From a virus (lineage: Duplodnaviria; Heunggongvirae; Uroviricota; Caudoviricetes): 64,000 bases of DNA. The notes beneath the pieces were generated by a model. It searched no databases, was not told the DNA's origin, and saw nothing but the letters and a program-made list of their open reading frames with translations. How positions within the stretch are numbered: the first letter of the stretch is position 1; every line of letters starts with the position of its first letter. The DNA is taken from IMG/VR virus record IMGVR_UViG_3300047493_000037, positions 94,713 through 158,712 of that record; one strand, written 5' to 3'. The translations under genes were made by a program, and so were the position numbers. Positions 8,754 to 16,230 of the stretch are shown here, piece by piece.

Positions 8754-9149
8754 TTATTCATGATTGTTACTCGTTTCAGATTTTGCAGACCTTTCGAACA
8801 GCTCTGTCATGATCGCGTCGATAGTGGTCTGAGCTCGCTTCTGCTTGCCTTCTTGAAAGAATTTTAAGATGGCGGAGAGTCTTTTTGAGGACATCTGGCA
8901 GATGTGCTTTCTGTATAGGTCATTAACTTCTGGCTTGATTTCTTCTCGCCAGTCAAACCTAATAAGCATAACGATGTCTTGAGTGCGCATCTTCTTTTCT
9001 TTTTGACTCAGTTTGTCCTTGTAGACATCGAGAAGTGCTTTCTTGTAGCAAGAATTAGTCCACAGGAGCTGCTGTGCTGCCCTAGGTATCTTTTTGCGTC
9101 TTCTCATGTTAGAGCTCGTCCAACTTGGCAATCTCTCCATCGCGAACAT
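8754..9149 (-). CDS. hypothetical protein
   Basis: 131-aa ORF. Confidence 0.5.
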   Translation of the reverse strand: MFAMERLPSWTSSNMRRRKKIPRAAQQLLWTNSCYKKALLDVYKDKLSQKEKKMRTQDIVMLIRFDWREEIKPEVNDLYRKHICQMSSKRLSAILKFFQEGKQKRAQTTIDAIMTELFERSAKSETSNNHE

Positions 9150-9519
9150 ACTTATCGTATAACCTGTAATAGATTAGTTGACGACGCTTTGCTTCAGCTT
9201 TTTCTGGGGTAGATAGAACCCAGCGGTCGACTTGGCCTTGGCGAGACACCTTGGAATAGACTACGTGATTAGTGTTTTCAATCAGAACTTCGTAGTCATC
9301 GCCAAACTCTGGGATGCCATGAGTGTCCACAACACTTAGATCCTCAGCGATGAGTCTTGCCCTGAGCTGATCTCGCTCTAGGAGAGCAGCTCTTTCTTTT
9401 ACTTCGCGCTTAGTCATTGCTTCTGCAAGAGAGGCTGCCTCGCGCTCGTATTTATCTCTTAGAGCTTGAGGTAAAGAGTCATTGTCTAGCTGATCTTCTA
9501 ACCAAGAGAGCCTGTTCAT
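9109..9519 (-). CDS. hypothetical protein
   Basis: 136-aa ORF, ATG at 9517-9519. Confidence 0.55.
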   Translation of the reverse strand: MNRLSWLEDQLDNDSLPQALRDKYEREAASLAEAMTKREVKERAALLERDQLRARLIAEDLSVVDTHGIPEFGDDYEVLIENTNHVVYSKVSRQGQVDRWVLSTPEKAEAKRRQLIYYRLYDKYVRDGEIAKLDEL

Positions 9520-9551
9520 GTGTATTTATATGATCGGGGAAATATTTGATG

Positions 9552-9815
9552 TTATCTAACTAATCTATAATGAGTCCAATTTACAACAATTGGTGTTCCA
9601 CTCTTGTCTTTTTTGAATGGATTATTTGTTCGTTCAATGGTAACAGTTATGTATTTTTCTTTCACAAGTTCTGTTACTGCATCTTTAACTTTATCGGGCA
9701 TTAAGTTACACTCTTTACAAATTTTTTCTATTGAAGGAATAGCATACCCGAAAGTCATCATTTGTGGAAATAGATAACCATATACAACAGAAGCTTTATG
9801 CGTTAATTGATTCAT
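9552..9815 (-). CDS. hypothetical protein
   Basis: 87-aa ORF; TGTATAAT -10 element 8 nt upstream (9826-9831 complement). Confidence 0.5.
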   Translation of the reverse strand: MNQLTHKASVVYGYLFPQMMTFGYAIPSIEKICKECNLMPDKVKDAVTELVKEKYITVTIERTNNPFKKDKSGTPIVVNWTHYRLVR

Positions 9816-9853
9816 ATAAGAATATTATACAATCATTATTTTAAAGAGATTTT

Positions 9854-9923
9854 GTGGCAGGAGATAAGTGAGTCGAACACTTTTTTCCGGTTTTGGAGGC
9901 CAGAATCCTTCCGAAGGATCTCC
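9854..9923 (-). tRNA. tRNA-Trp: tRNA, tentative Trp (anticodon CCA), reduced D-arm
   Basis: Acceptor GGGAGAU/AUCUCCU, T-arm AAGUG-UUCGACU-CACUU, encoded CCA; 70 nt; anticodon loop CUCCAAA tentative. Confidence 0.4.
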
Positions 9924-9928
9924 CACAT

Positions 9929-10003
9929 TTGGAGCACTCGCTGGGAATCGAACCCAGTCTTTTCGCTTTGCAGGCGAGACCTCATCCCAATCAGGCACGA
10001 GTG
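9929..10003 (-). tRNA. tRNA-Cys: tRNA-Cys (GCA)
   Basis: Acceptor GCACUCG/CGAGUGC, T-arm CUGGG-UUCGAUU-CCCAG, loop CUGCAAA, CCA encoded. Confidence 0.7.
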
Positions 10004-10008
10004 CAAAT

Positions 10009-10084
10009 TTGGTACCCAGTAAAGGAATCGAACCTTTATCAACTGATTCGTAGTCAGTTATCCTAATCCATTGAACGAACTGGG
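10009..10084 (-). tRNA. tRNA-Arg: tRNA-Arg (ACG)
   Basis: Acceptor GCCCAGU/ACUGGGU, anticodon stem ACUGA/UCAGU, loop CUACGAA, T-loop UUCGAUU. Confidence 0.7.
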
Positions 10085-10089
10085 CAAAC

Positions 10090-10164
10090 TTGGAGCGAGG
10101 TGTGGAATCGAACCACTCTTTCCGTTTTTGGCGGCAGTGCTGCCATTACACTAACCCAAGCAAC
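10090..10164 (-). tRNA. tRNA-like element (T-arm + CCA present, acceptor stem does not pair; possible pseudo-tRNA)
   Basis: GUGG-UUCGAUU-CCAC T-arm, 3' ACCUCGC-U-CCA, but no complementary 5' strand found. Confidence 0.3.
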
Positions 10165-10240
10165 TTGGTTGCTCTGAAAGGACTCGAACCTTCATATAAC
10201 GGCTTATGAAACCGCTGCCTAACCTCTCGGCACACAGAGC
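10165..10240 (-). tRNA. tRNA-Met: tRNA-Met (CAU)
   Basis: Acceptor UGCUCUG/CAGAGCA, T-arm GAAGG-UUCGAGU-CCUUU, loop UUCAUAA. Confidence 0.6.
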
Positions 10241-10249
10241 ATCTTAAAT

Positions 10250-10325
10250 TTTGGAGGTCCCACTCAGAATCGAACTGAATTCTCAGCCTTACAAAAGCCG
10301 TGCGTCACCATTTACGCTTTGAGAC
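10250..10325 (-). tRNA. tRNA-Thr: tRNA-Thr (UGU)
   Basis: Acceptor GGUCUCA/UGGGACC (one G.U), T-loop UUCGAUU, loop UUUGUAA. Confidence 0.55.
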
Positions 10326-10326
10326 C

Positions 10327-10400
10327 GTGGAGCAGATATCAAGAATCAAACTTGAGCCACTATGATACCAACATAGTATTCTATCACTAAACTATACCTG
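10327..10400 (-). tRNA. tRNA-Thr: tRNA-Thr (GGU)
   Basis: Acceptor GCAGGUA/UAUCUGC, anticodon stem CUAUG/CAUAG, loop UUGGUAU, T-loop UUUGAUU. Confidence 0.55.
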
Positions 10401-10406
10401 CAAACA

Positions 10407-10481
10407 TTGGAGCTCTGCGGTGGACTTGAACCACCTACTGCTGATTACGAAACAGCGATTATGCCAGGTTAACTAGCAGAG
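10407..10481 (-). tRNA. tRNA (anticodon tentatively CGU, Thr)
   Basis: Acceptor GCUCUGC/GCAGAGC, T-arm GGUGG-UUCAAGU-CCACC, CCA encoded. Confidence 0.5.
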
Positions 10482-10790
10482 CAAATTTTTTAACAAAACT
10501 TCTTGGTTGTCTTCGAAGAACCTCTTTGCGTCTTTAGGTGCTTCGCTTATAAGCTTATTTAACATCGACACCGCTTCGCTCTTCGCCTTGAATCTTCCAA
10601 CCAACTCGAAGTTCAAGAATACGCCAATGTCTCCGCTCTCGTTCCACTCTTCTCCACTTATGATGCAAGCATCAAATATTTCTAGTGTCCCGTAGACCTT
10701 ATAGTCTATAAAGGAGAAACTGTCCCTGAAGTCGTTGAGCACACCTATCCGATACCTAAAATTAAAAGCGCACGTTTTTAAAGTTCTCAA
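10473..10790 (-). CDS. hypothetical protein
   Basis: 105-aa ORF between tRNA array and LAGLIDADG gene; 3' end overlaps tRNA 10407..10481 by a few nt. Confidence 0.35.
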   Translation of the reverse strand: MRTLKTCAFNFRYRIGVLNDFRDSFSFIDYKVYGTLEIFDACIISGEEWNESGDIGVFLNFELVGRFKAKSEAVSMLNKLISEAPKDAKRFFEDNQEVLLKNLLC

Positions 10791-11260
10791 ATGTTGTCAT
10801 GTGTATATTTACCGTTTTTAATGTGACCGACTGTGCTTTTGTCTACATCAACTTCAGCTGCTATTTTTCTAAGACTTAATCCCGTGCTAATGAGCTCTTT
10901 AATCTTATCAAGTTTATGCTTGGTTAACTTTACTCGTTTAACTTTATATCCACTCATCGCCTTATCTATTTGTTCTTGCCTTCGTATGCCCATCAACGGT
11001 CTTAGTTTTGCCATTAAGTCATATGCAAGTTGCCCCGATAAGCGAATCGAGTATACGGTTTTATAATGCGGCAGGTCGCTCTTCCTGCGTTTTTGTTTGT
11101 GACATTTTACCTTTAGAAGCGTAGAAAGTTTTTCAATAATGTCTTTATCTGTTGACGCTCCATTGATAGCGCACATGTTTGGCATTGATGGACATCCATG
11201 AAGAAACGAACCTTCTCCTTCTAACCATCCAGCAAGCCAATACAAATCTTTGTCTTCCAT
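10787..11260 (-). CDS. LAGLIDADG homing endonuclease with C-terminal HTH
   Basis: YWLAGWLEGEGSF (LAGLIDADG motif) and C-terminal sigma-70 region-4-like HTH (LSLRKIAAEVDVDKSTVGHI); start taken at ATG 11258-11260 (MEDKDLY, AAGGT SD) rather than track start 11305. Confidence 0.75.
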   Translation of the reverse strand: MEDKDLYWLAGWLEGEGSFLHGCPSMPNMCAINGASTDKDIIEKLSTLLKVKCHKQKRRKSDLPHYKTVYSIRLSGQLAYDLMAKLRPLMGIRRQEQIDKAMSGYKVKRVKLTKHKLDKIKELISTGLSLRKIAAEVDVDKSTVGHIKNGKYTHDNI

Positions 11261-11275
11261 AAATACCTTATACTT

Positions 11276-11350
11276 TGGCGGAACCAGAGGGAGTCGAACC
11301 CTCACTTCACCTTAGACAGAGGTGTGTCATAGCCGCTAGACCATGGCTCC
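11276..11350 (-). tRNA. tRNA-Asp: tRNA-Asp (GUC)
   Basis: Acceptor GGAGCCA/UGGUUCC, T-arm GAGGG-UUCGACU-CCCUC, anticodon stem CACCU/AGGUG, loop CUGUCUA. Confidence 0.6.
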
Positions 11351-11356
11351 AAACTT

Positions 11357-11431
11357 GGGGTGTAAACTCGGTTACGATCCGAGACCTACTGCTTCACAGG
11401 CAGTCGTGCAAGCCACTACACAATAAACACC
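11357..11431 (-). tRNA. tRNA-His: tRNA-His (GUG) with extra 5' G(-1) and discriminator C
   Basis: Anticodon stem ACUGC/GCAGU, loop CUGUGAA; D-arm GUGU-AGUGGCUU-GCAC; 3' end ...ACAC-C-CCA. Confidence 0.55.
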
Positions 11432-11439
11432 ATCTAAAC

Positions 11440-11515
11440 TGGTCGGCAGTAGAGGGATCGAACCTCTGACCTTGATCTTGTAAGGATCCTGCTGCTTCCG
11501 CTGAGCTAACCGCCG
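11440..11515 (-). tRNA. tRNA-Val: tRNA-Val (UAC)
   Basis: Acceptor CGGCGGU/ACUGCCG, T-arm AGAGG-UUCGAUC-CCUCU, loop CUUACAA. Confidence 0.6.
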
Positions 11516-11520
11516 AAACT

Positions 11521-11596
11521 TGGTACGCGTAGAAGGAGTCGAACCTTCTTTTCTCGTGTATCAAACGAGTGTACTAAACCGGTGTACGATACGCGC
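11521..11596 (-). tRNA. tRNA-Ile: tRNA-Ile (GAU)
   Basis: Acceptor GCGCGUA/UACGCGU, anticodon stem CUCGU/ACGAG, loop UUGAUAC, T-arm GAAGG-UUCGACU-CCUUC. Confidence 0.65.
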
Positions 11597-11597
11597 A

Positions 11598-11709
11598 CAT
11601 TAAAAACACGGGAGGTGTCCTACCACTAGACGACAGCTGCTTGCGCAGCCGGCAGGATTCGAACCTGCGTTTCCACCCTCTCTGTCAAGACTCCGCGGAG
11701 TCTCTAACT
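11598..11709 (-). tRNA. aberrant tRNA-like element (canonical T-arm + acceptor-like hairpin with GCAA loop + D-arm-like segment in non-canonical order)
   Basis: GCAGG-UUCGAAU-CCUGC T-arm followed by CGGCUGC-GCAA-GCAGCUG hairpin and GUCU-AGUGGUA-GGAC; no canonical cloverleaf could be built. Confidence 0.25.
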
Positions 11710-11786
11710 TGGTCGGGATGGTGAGAATCGAACTCACTCGATGTTCTACCTCCAAAGTAGACGGCTCACCTTTAGCCCACATCCCG
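11710..11786 (-). tRNA. tRNA-Pro: tRNA-Pro (UGG)
   Basis: Acceptor CGGGAUG/CAUCCCG, anticodon stem UCUAC/GUAGA, loop UUUGGAG, T-loop UUCGAUU. Confidence 0.7.
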
Positions 11787-11798
11787 AAACTTAAACTT

Positions 11799-11875
11799 TG
11801 GTCCCCTCGGTCGGATTCGAACCGACAACCTTCGGCTTCTAAGACCGACACCTCTGCCAGTTGGGTTACGAGGGG
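11799..11875 (-). tRNA. tRNA-Leu: tRNA with Leu anticodon UAG but class-I (short variable arm) architecture
   Basis: Acceptor CCCCUCG/CGAGGGG, loop CUUAGAA, variable arm 5 nt, T-arm GUCGG-UUCGAAU-CCGAC; D-arm UAACCCAACUGGCAGAGGU shared with three other Leu-anticodon tRNAs. Confidence 0.5.
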
Positions 11876-11877
11876 AT

Positions 11878-11925
11878 CTTGAGAACATCATACTTCGCAC
11901 ATGCAATGCTTTCGCATGTTCTCAA
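11878..11925. repeat. 10-bp inverted repeat hairpin between tRNA genes (TTGAGAACAT...ATGTTCTCAA)
   Basis: Perfect 10-bp stem with 27-nt loop between tRNAs at 11875 and 11929. Confidence 0.5.
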
Positions 11926-11928
11926 ACT

Positions 11929-12002
11929 TGGAAGGGAATGAGTGAATCGAACACTCGTTGACAGGGTCAGAACCTGTTAGCTTACCACTAGCTGAATTCC
12001 CA
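11929..12002 (-). tRNA. tRNA-Gln: tRNA-Gln (CUG)
   Basis: D-arm AGCU-AGUGGUA-AGCU, anticodon stem ACAGG/CCUGU, loop UUCUGAC, T-arm GAGUG-UUCGAUU-CACUC; U1 start. Confidence 0.55.
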
Positions 12003-12012
12003 ACATAAACTT

Positions 12013-12086
12013 TGGAGCGAATAGAGAGAATCGAACTCTCGAAGCCTGCTTGGAAGGCAGGGGTTTTACCACTAAACTACATTCGC
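12013..12086 (-). tRNA. tRNA-Gly: tRNA-Gly (UCC)
   Basis: Acceptor GCGAAUG/UAUUCGC, anticodon stem CCUGC/GCAGG, loop CUUCCAA. Confidence 0.7.
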
Positions 12087-12088
12087 AC

Positions 12089-12162
12089 TGGCAGGGAAAC
12101 ATGGAATCGAACCAAGATTGGCCGGGTCAAAGCCGGCTGTCTTACCACTAGACGATTTCCCT
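12089..12162 (-). tRNA. tRNA-Gln: tRNA-Gln (UUG)
   Basis: Acceptor AGGGAAA/UUUCCCU, D-arm GUCU-AGUGGUA-AGAC, anticodon stem GCCGG/CCGGC, loop CUUUGAC. Confidence 0.65.
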
Positions 12163-12174
12163 ACTTTTAAAACA

Positions 12175-12248
12175 TGGAGCGCGAAGAGAGAATCGAACTC
12201 TCGACCGATGTCTGGCAGACATCTATTTTTCCATTAAACTACTCGCGC
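12175..12248 (-). tRNA. tRNA-Gly: tRNA-Gly (GCC)
   Basis: Acceptor GCGCGAG/UUCGCGC, anticodon stem GAUGU/ACAUC, loop CUGCCAG, T-arm GAGAG-UUCGAUU-CUCUC. Confidence 0.6.
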
Positions 12249-12256
12249 TCGAAAAC

Positions 12257-12799
12257 CTAGCCACTTTCCAATTCTGTCGTCCAATACTCTAACGACTTTA
12301 AATCAACATAAGGTTCCCATTCTTTTGGCAGCACCTTCATCTTAACGATCATCTGAACCGGCAACCACTTTGGCTCAATTGGCTTCTTGAGAAGCTTCAT
12401 CTTTGCCTGCTCAGGAGTTTTGTCCTCTTTTGAGCTGTTGCATGGTCTGCATGCAGTTACGATGTTAGTCCAGTTTGTCTGGCCGCCTTGAGCCCGGGGC
12501 AACACGTGGTCGAACGTTAGCTCTTTCACGGGTTTCCTCTCTCTGCAGTATTGGCAAGTCCACTCATCTCTCATGTAGATGTTGATCCTGCTAAACTGAA
12601 CCTTTCCCTTCCTCTTGAACTTCTTAAGTTGTCTAATTACGCTAGGTAATTTCCACTCCAGATAAGCTGATCTAATCAGCTGACTAGACTCTTCTACAAC
12701 TTCTGCATCGCCGGTGACGATTCTATGCATTGCGTCCTCCCAGCTAATCACTTTGAGAGGCTCATATGTGGAATCGAGTAATAGCACTGCCATATTCAT
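12257..12799 (-). CDS. HNH homing endonuclease
   Basis: TFDHVLPRAQGGQTNWTNIVTACRPCNSSKEDK (HNH: DH...N...C..CN..K); embedded between tRNA genes. Confidence 0.8.
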   Translation of the reverse strand: MNMAVLLLDSTYEPLKVISWEDAMHRIVTGDAEVVEESSQLIRSAYLEWKLPSVIRQLKKFKRKGKVQFSRINIYMRDEWTCQYCRERKPVKELTFDHVLPRAQGGQTNWTNIVTACRPCNSSKEDKTPEQAKMKLLKKPIEPKWLPVQMIVKMKVLPKEWEPYVDLKSLEYWTTELESG

Positions 12800-12898
12800 A
12801 TCCTCTCATTATACGTTGGTGCACCAGCAAGGTAACGATCCTTGTTCCACGGATTAAAAGTCCGCTGCTCATCCTGTTAAAGCTTTCAAGTGCAAATT

Positions 12899-12973
12899 TG
12901 GTAGGACTACGGAGAATCGAACTCCGGTCTACTGGTTAAGAGCCAGCAGCTTTACCACTAAGCTATAGTCCTA
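12899..12973 (-). tRNA. tRNA-Lys: tRNA-Lys (CUU)
   Basis: Acceptor AGGACUA/UAGUCCU, D-arm GCUU-AGUGGUA-AAGC, anticodon stem GCUGG/CCAGU, loop CUCUUAA. Confidence 0.7.
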
Positions 12974-12992
12974 TGTTATTCCTTCTAAAGTT

Positions 12993-13067
12993 TGGTGGAC
13001 AGCTGGGAAATCGAATCCCACCAACCGCAGTGCAAGTGCAGTTCGCCACCTTGGTACATGGCCGCCC
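12993..13067 (-). tRNA. tRNA, tentative Ala (UGC)
   Basis: Acceptor GGGCGGC/GCUGUCC with two G.U pairs, T-arm UGGGA-UUCGAUU-UCCCA, anticodon stem CUGCA/UGCGG, loop CUUGCAC; weak D-stem. Confidence 0.4.
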
Positions 13068-13245
13068 GAATTATTTAATTGTTACTTAGTTTCCGCTAGT
13101 GTATTTATTATTACGCCCAAAGCGGGAGGCGTTTGGTAAGTGGCTTAATGCCATCAGTACCTTGAACACATGGGAGTGCGGTGGCGCAATCGCGCTGCAT
13201 CCCTTTTAGACTTGAGTGTGTGTGTACAAACGTGTTCATAAAATG

Positions 13246-13280
13246 ATTATACCGTGTATTTCCATTAGATTCAGAAATTA
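13246..13280 (-). promoter_or_regulatory. sigma70-like promoter (GGTATAAT -10) upstream of tRNA array 1
   Basis: Minus-strand reading cacgGTATAATca at 13244-13256, same motif as upstream of arrays 2 and 3. Confidence 0.45.
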
Positions 13281-13460
13281 TTTTTTAGAGTGCTCTTTTT
13301 GCAAAACGAACAGCATTACCACCATAGCAATGGGCCATAGAAGTACGCCTAGAATTAGGCCCTTCATTAGGTCTATAAAACTAGCACCATCGTAAGTCTT
13401 AAATCTGGTGATAGCTAAAATAAGGTAGAAAATCCAACCAATTAGGAGATAAGCGCTCAT
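13278..13460 (-). CDS. small membrane protein (two predicted TM helices)
   Basis: 60-aa hydrophobic ORF. Confidence 0.45.
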   Translation of the reverse strand: MSAYLLIGWIFYLILAITRFKTYDGASFIDLMKGLILGVLLWPIAMVVMLFVLQKEHSKK

Positions 13461-13843
13461 TCGATTAACTTCTTTTCTAGCTCTAAAAAGAACTGTATTT
13501 CAGCGATAACTTCATGTCTAACTTCGCTATTATCGCACGGCATCCAATCAGTCCAATCTTTGTCTTCTATTGGATTATTGTATTTTGCATACACTGAGTG
13601 TTTAACGTAAAACTTCTCATTCTCAATCATCCATCTTGCATAAGATGGGCCGGTTATTAGCCAACTTTCAAGTACATATGTTCCATCGTCGTACACAATG
13701 ATGTCTTGATCAGCGCGAGTGTTAACTCTTCCCTTAAAGATGATTCGCTTATCGGTCATTGGGCTTTTTAGGGACAGGCAACTTGCGAGAGTAACGAACA
13801 ACGCCTTGGTACGAAAGAGTTCCTTGAGGGTTGTCATATACAA
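13457..13843 (-). CDS. hypothetical protein
   Basis: 128-aa ORF, ATGA overlap with 13278..13460. Confidence 0.55.
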   Translation of the reverse strand: MYMTTLKELFRTKALFVTLASCLSLKSPMTDKRIIFKGRVNTRADQDIIVYDDGTYVLESWLITGPSYARWMIENEKFYVKHSVYAKYNNPIEDKDWTDWMPCDNSEVRHEVIAEIQFFLELEKKLIE

Positions 13844-13912
13844 GTCGAGTGTCTTCGCCGTTAGCCTTCAAATAGTTGAGACAGAGTTGAAACATGAGCG
13901 TTACTAGATATT

Positions 13913-14332
13913 TCATTTGAGCAAGTTTCTTTCCATGTTGCGACTTAAGAGCTCCTCACGAATAATTTCTACGTAAGAGGTATCGAGGGTAATAAGCTTT
14001 AGGCGATAAGCCTTGATGAGTATTTTAAGGTCGCTCTCGGGAATTCGAATGGTGTCGCTTCTCTCAAACTTGTGTTTCTTATTTATGTCCCACTCATCGA
14101 TGACAGACATCGCCTGTTCACGAATTAATTTTGCACGCGCTTGTGAAACCTGATCCCATCCTTGTAGGGCGAAAGAGATTGGCCAAAAGAACACTACCAA
14201 CGCAAGAAGGAGGCCGTCACCTTTTTCATCTAAGTCAATATGCGTTTTGCTATCGTCTGGATCAATGACGATGATGCTATATATTACAGGCATCACGAAG
14301 GCGCTAATTAGGTAGTAAGTAAACCAACTCAT
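13913..14332 (-). CDS. membrane protein
   Basis: 139-aa ORF with two hydrophobic segments. Confidence 0.55.
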   Translation of the reverse strand: MSWFTYYLISAFVMPVIYSIIVIDPDDSKTHIDLDEKGDGLLLALVVFFWPISFALQGWDQVSQARAKLIREQAMSVIDEWDINKKHKFERSDTIRIPESDLKILIKAYRLKLITLDTSYVEIIREELLSRNMERNLLK

Positions 14333-14341
14333 TGTTGATTA

Positions 14342-14545
14342 TTAGAATCGGAAATTTGTGAAGTGCGATAAGTTAATATACCAGTCTTTTGCTTTAAGAC
14401 TATTACAATCTCTACATCTAGGATTTAACCTAGACTTACTGTTTTTATCGTTTGAGAAGTTAGATTCGTCTAGATCTTGTTTGCAAGAAGAACATGTCAT
14501 TCTTGCATTATACAGTGGTGTTTCCAGCGGGGTTCGAACCCGCAT
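14342..14545 (-). CDS. small Cys-rich (zinc-ribbon-like) protein
   Basis: 67 aa with CSSCKQ...CRDCN. Confidence 0.35.
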   Translation of the reverse strand: MRVRTPLETPLYNARMTCSSCKQDLDESNFSNDKNSKSRLNPRCRDCNSLKAKDWYINLSHFTNFRF

Positions 14546-14591
14546 TTATCGATTGAAAGTCGATTTTCCTAAGCCAATTAGAAGATGGAAA
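14516..14591 (-). tRNA. tRNA-Glu: tRNA-Glu (UUC)
   Basis: Acceptor GUUUCCA/UGGAAAC, anticodon stem AUCGA/UCGAU, loop CUUUCAA, T-arm GCGGG-UUCGAAC-CCCGC. Confidence 0.7.
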
Positions 14592-14593
14592 CG

Positions 14594-14669
14594 TGGAAGC
14601 GCCAATGGGAATCGAACCCATCTTTTCGCATTGAGAATGCGAGGTCCTTAACCAATAGACGATGGCGCC
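14594..14669 (-). tRNA. tRNA-Glu: tRNA-Glu (CUC)
   Basis: Acceptor GGCGCCA/UGGCGCU, anticodon stem UCGCA/UGCGA, loop UUCUCAA, T-arm AUGGG-UUCGAUU-CCCAU. Confidence 0.65.
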
Positions 14670-14781
14670 ATTTTAAGCTGTGATGGGAGATTTAGGTGTA
14701 CGAAGTGAAAACAACGCACACCAAGCGTTCTTGCTCAGATTCCATGAATTGGATTGTGATGTTTGCGTTGTTCATGTGATT

Positions 14782-14815
14782 ATTATACCACGTTTAATTC
14801 TAATGCATCTTCTAA
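14782..14815 (-). promoter_or_regulatory. extended -10 promoter (TGGTATAAT) upstream of tRNA array 2
   Basis: Minus-strand aacgTGGTATAATaa (plus attatacc at 14782-14789). Confidence 0.5.
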
Positions 14816-15028
14816 GGCGCCGTGAGTTCTTTTGTACAGTCTTTCAGCACCTTTTTCAGCTAGTCTTTCAGTGCGATACACTGCCGTGTAAGCCATTTTG
14901 CCTTCTAACTCGCCGTCTTTGTACTCAATGACGTACTTTATCTCCGGATCTCTGCCCATCCCTACTAGCCACATGTAGGTGATAGTAGTTATGCAATAAT
15001 AGTGGCGCCACATGTCATTCACGCCCAT
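14783..15028 (-). CDS. hypothetical protein
   Basis: 81-aa ORF. Confidence 0.4.
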   Translation of the reverse strand: MGVNDMWRHYYCITTITYMWLVGMGRDPEIKYVIEYKDGELEGKMAYTAVYRTERLAEKGAERLYKRTHGALEDALELNVV

Positions 15029-15492
15029 GAAGGTTTAGTGCCGTTCTTCCAAGTAGGAGCTCTCTTGTCTGCAAGCCACTTCTCTTTCATCGTAAGCTTG
15101 TATGCCTCAACAACCTCCATATCCTTATGAGGACTGCAGTTGGCAAACGGAGTTTGAGGTCCTTGAGGCATGAGCACTCTGCCGTCGAATAGAGTGCTAA
15201 AGTATTCGTGGCACTTGTGAATTTTGCCATATCTTAAAGTGTACTGCGCGAGCAAGGAATTAAGGTGAAGAAGTAGCCATACATAATTTCCACGAGAAGC
15301 TCTCACCCAGACAGAGCACGGATGATTTGCGTGAGTTGTCTTATAAGGTCCAGCTCCTCCGGAGAGGTTAATTGCTGTAGATAGCATCTGCGTTGACTCA
15401 AGGATCATCTTGATGACGCGCTTGTCGTCAAGATGATGAGCTGAGATTGCAGGGTCGACATCTGTTACAAATATATTCATCACCAATACCAT
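15019..15492 (-). CDS. denV: T4 endonuclease V-like pyrimidine-dimer DNA glycosylase
   Basis: N-terminus MNIFVTDVDPAISAHHLDDKRV vs T4 DenV [23 protein letters not shown] and C-terminal KRAPTWKNG vs QRPTWYKYYG; similar length. Confidence 0.5.
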   Translation of the reverse strand: MVLVMNIFVTDVDPAISAHHLDDKRVIKMILESTQMLSTAINLSGGAGPYKTTHANHPCSVWVRASRGNYVWLLLHLNSLLAQYTLRYGKIHKCHEYFSTLFDGRVLMPQGPQTPFANCSPHKDMEVVEAYKLTMKEKWLADKRAPTWKNGTKPSWA

Positions 15493-15728
15493 CCAGATAA
15501 TGTTTTCTTAGCAGATTGAAGACCAAGTTTTGCTAAGATAGTGAACACTAAACCTTGTCTCACTTCGGCCATACTAGGCGTATGATAGTACTCTTCCGCC
15601 CCATAAAGAAAGTCAAAGTACTCATCCCACTTCAGCGAATCTTCTTCGCTCGCTTGTTCTTTTATAGAATCAGAAGCACTTTTTGACCTATTGTATTTGC
15701 CTTTTAATTCTTTACTATTTAAACTCAT
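15480..15728 (-). CDS. hypothetical protein
   Basis: 82-aa ORF. Confidence 0.5.
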   Translation of the reverse strand: MSLNSKELKGKYNRSKSASDSIKEQASEEDSLKWDEYFDFLYGAEEYYHTPSMAEVRQGLVFTILAKLGLQSAKKTLSGWYW

Positions 15729-15824
15729 AATTTCATTCTACTAGGTTAAGAAAAATAAATCTAATTCCATCTTGTATTTTTGAACTTTTGTGTTAGAATC
15801 TAGTTATCACCCCAAGGAGGACTT
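15729..15824. promoter_or_regulatory. divergent intergenic region (minus gene 15480..15728 / plus gene 15825..16136)
   Basis: AT-rich 96 bp with TTGAAC and TAGAAT elements and AGGAGG SD before the plus-strand ATG. Confidence 0.35.
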
Positions 15825-16136
15825 ATGAGTCAGACCGTTAATAAGGGTGCCATATCAAAGCTTTGCATCAAGAACAAAGCTCCAGGCACTATTTCCACAG
15901 GCGCAAATACAGAAGTAACACTCGACGGCCAAAAGCTAGGCGGAGTTTCTTTTCTAAAGATGGAGTTTAAACCTAAGAACGTTGTCAAGATTACTATGGA
16001 GATGTATTGTGAAGTTGAAGTCGATGTCGACGTTCAACTAGAGCAAACATCTATCAACCCAGACGAAGAGATTAAGATAGGCGATGCTGTCTATGTCTTA
16101 GGTAAGTACGAAACAGTTGGTTTCCCTAAGAAGTAA
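15825..16136 (+). CDS. hypothetical protein (plus-strand)
   Basis: 103-aa ORF with perfect AAGGAGG SD 6 nt upstream of ATG. Confidence 0.6.
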   Translation: MSQTVNKGAISKLCIKNKAPGTISTGANTEVTLDGQKLGGVSFLKMEFKPKNVVKITMEMYCEVEVDVDVQLEQTSINPDEEIKIGDAVYVLGKYETVGFPKK

Positions 16137-16229
16137 TGGCGGAAGGTAGGGGAGTTGAACCCATGGGCGTTTTTTAGGCGCCGGCAGTTTAGCAAACTGC
16201 TGTGGAAAACCGACATCCACGTACCTTCC
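16137..16229 (-). tRNA. tRNA-Ser: tRNA-Ser (GCU), class II with long variable arm
   Basis: Acceptor GGAAGGU/ACCUUCC, D-stem GUGG/CCAC, anticodon stem GCAGU/ACUGC, loop UUGCUAA, long variable hairpin; 93 nt. Confidence 0.6.
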
Positions 16230-16230
16230 A

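Noticed and set aside
9523-9540. TATAAATA (T4 late-promoter consensus) on the minus strand just upstream of ORF 9109..9519
   Set aside because: It ends only 3 nt before the ATG, so it cannot function as a -10 for that gene, and no other TATAAATA copies were seen upstream of minus-strand genes; likely coincidence.
11598-11709. Idea that the element is a circularly permuted tRNA gene (3' half placed before 5' half)
   Set aside because: The T-arm/acceptor-3' then acceptor-5'/D-arm order is suggestive, but no anticodon arm follows the D-arm and the segment abuts the next tRNA, so a permuted gene cannot be completed; it is more likely a rearranged pseudo-tRNA.
13215-13226. Short (GT)n microsatellite gtgtgtgtgt
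   Set aside because: Only about 5 repeats, no flanking structure; trivial.
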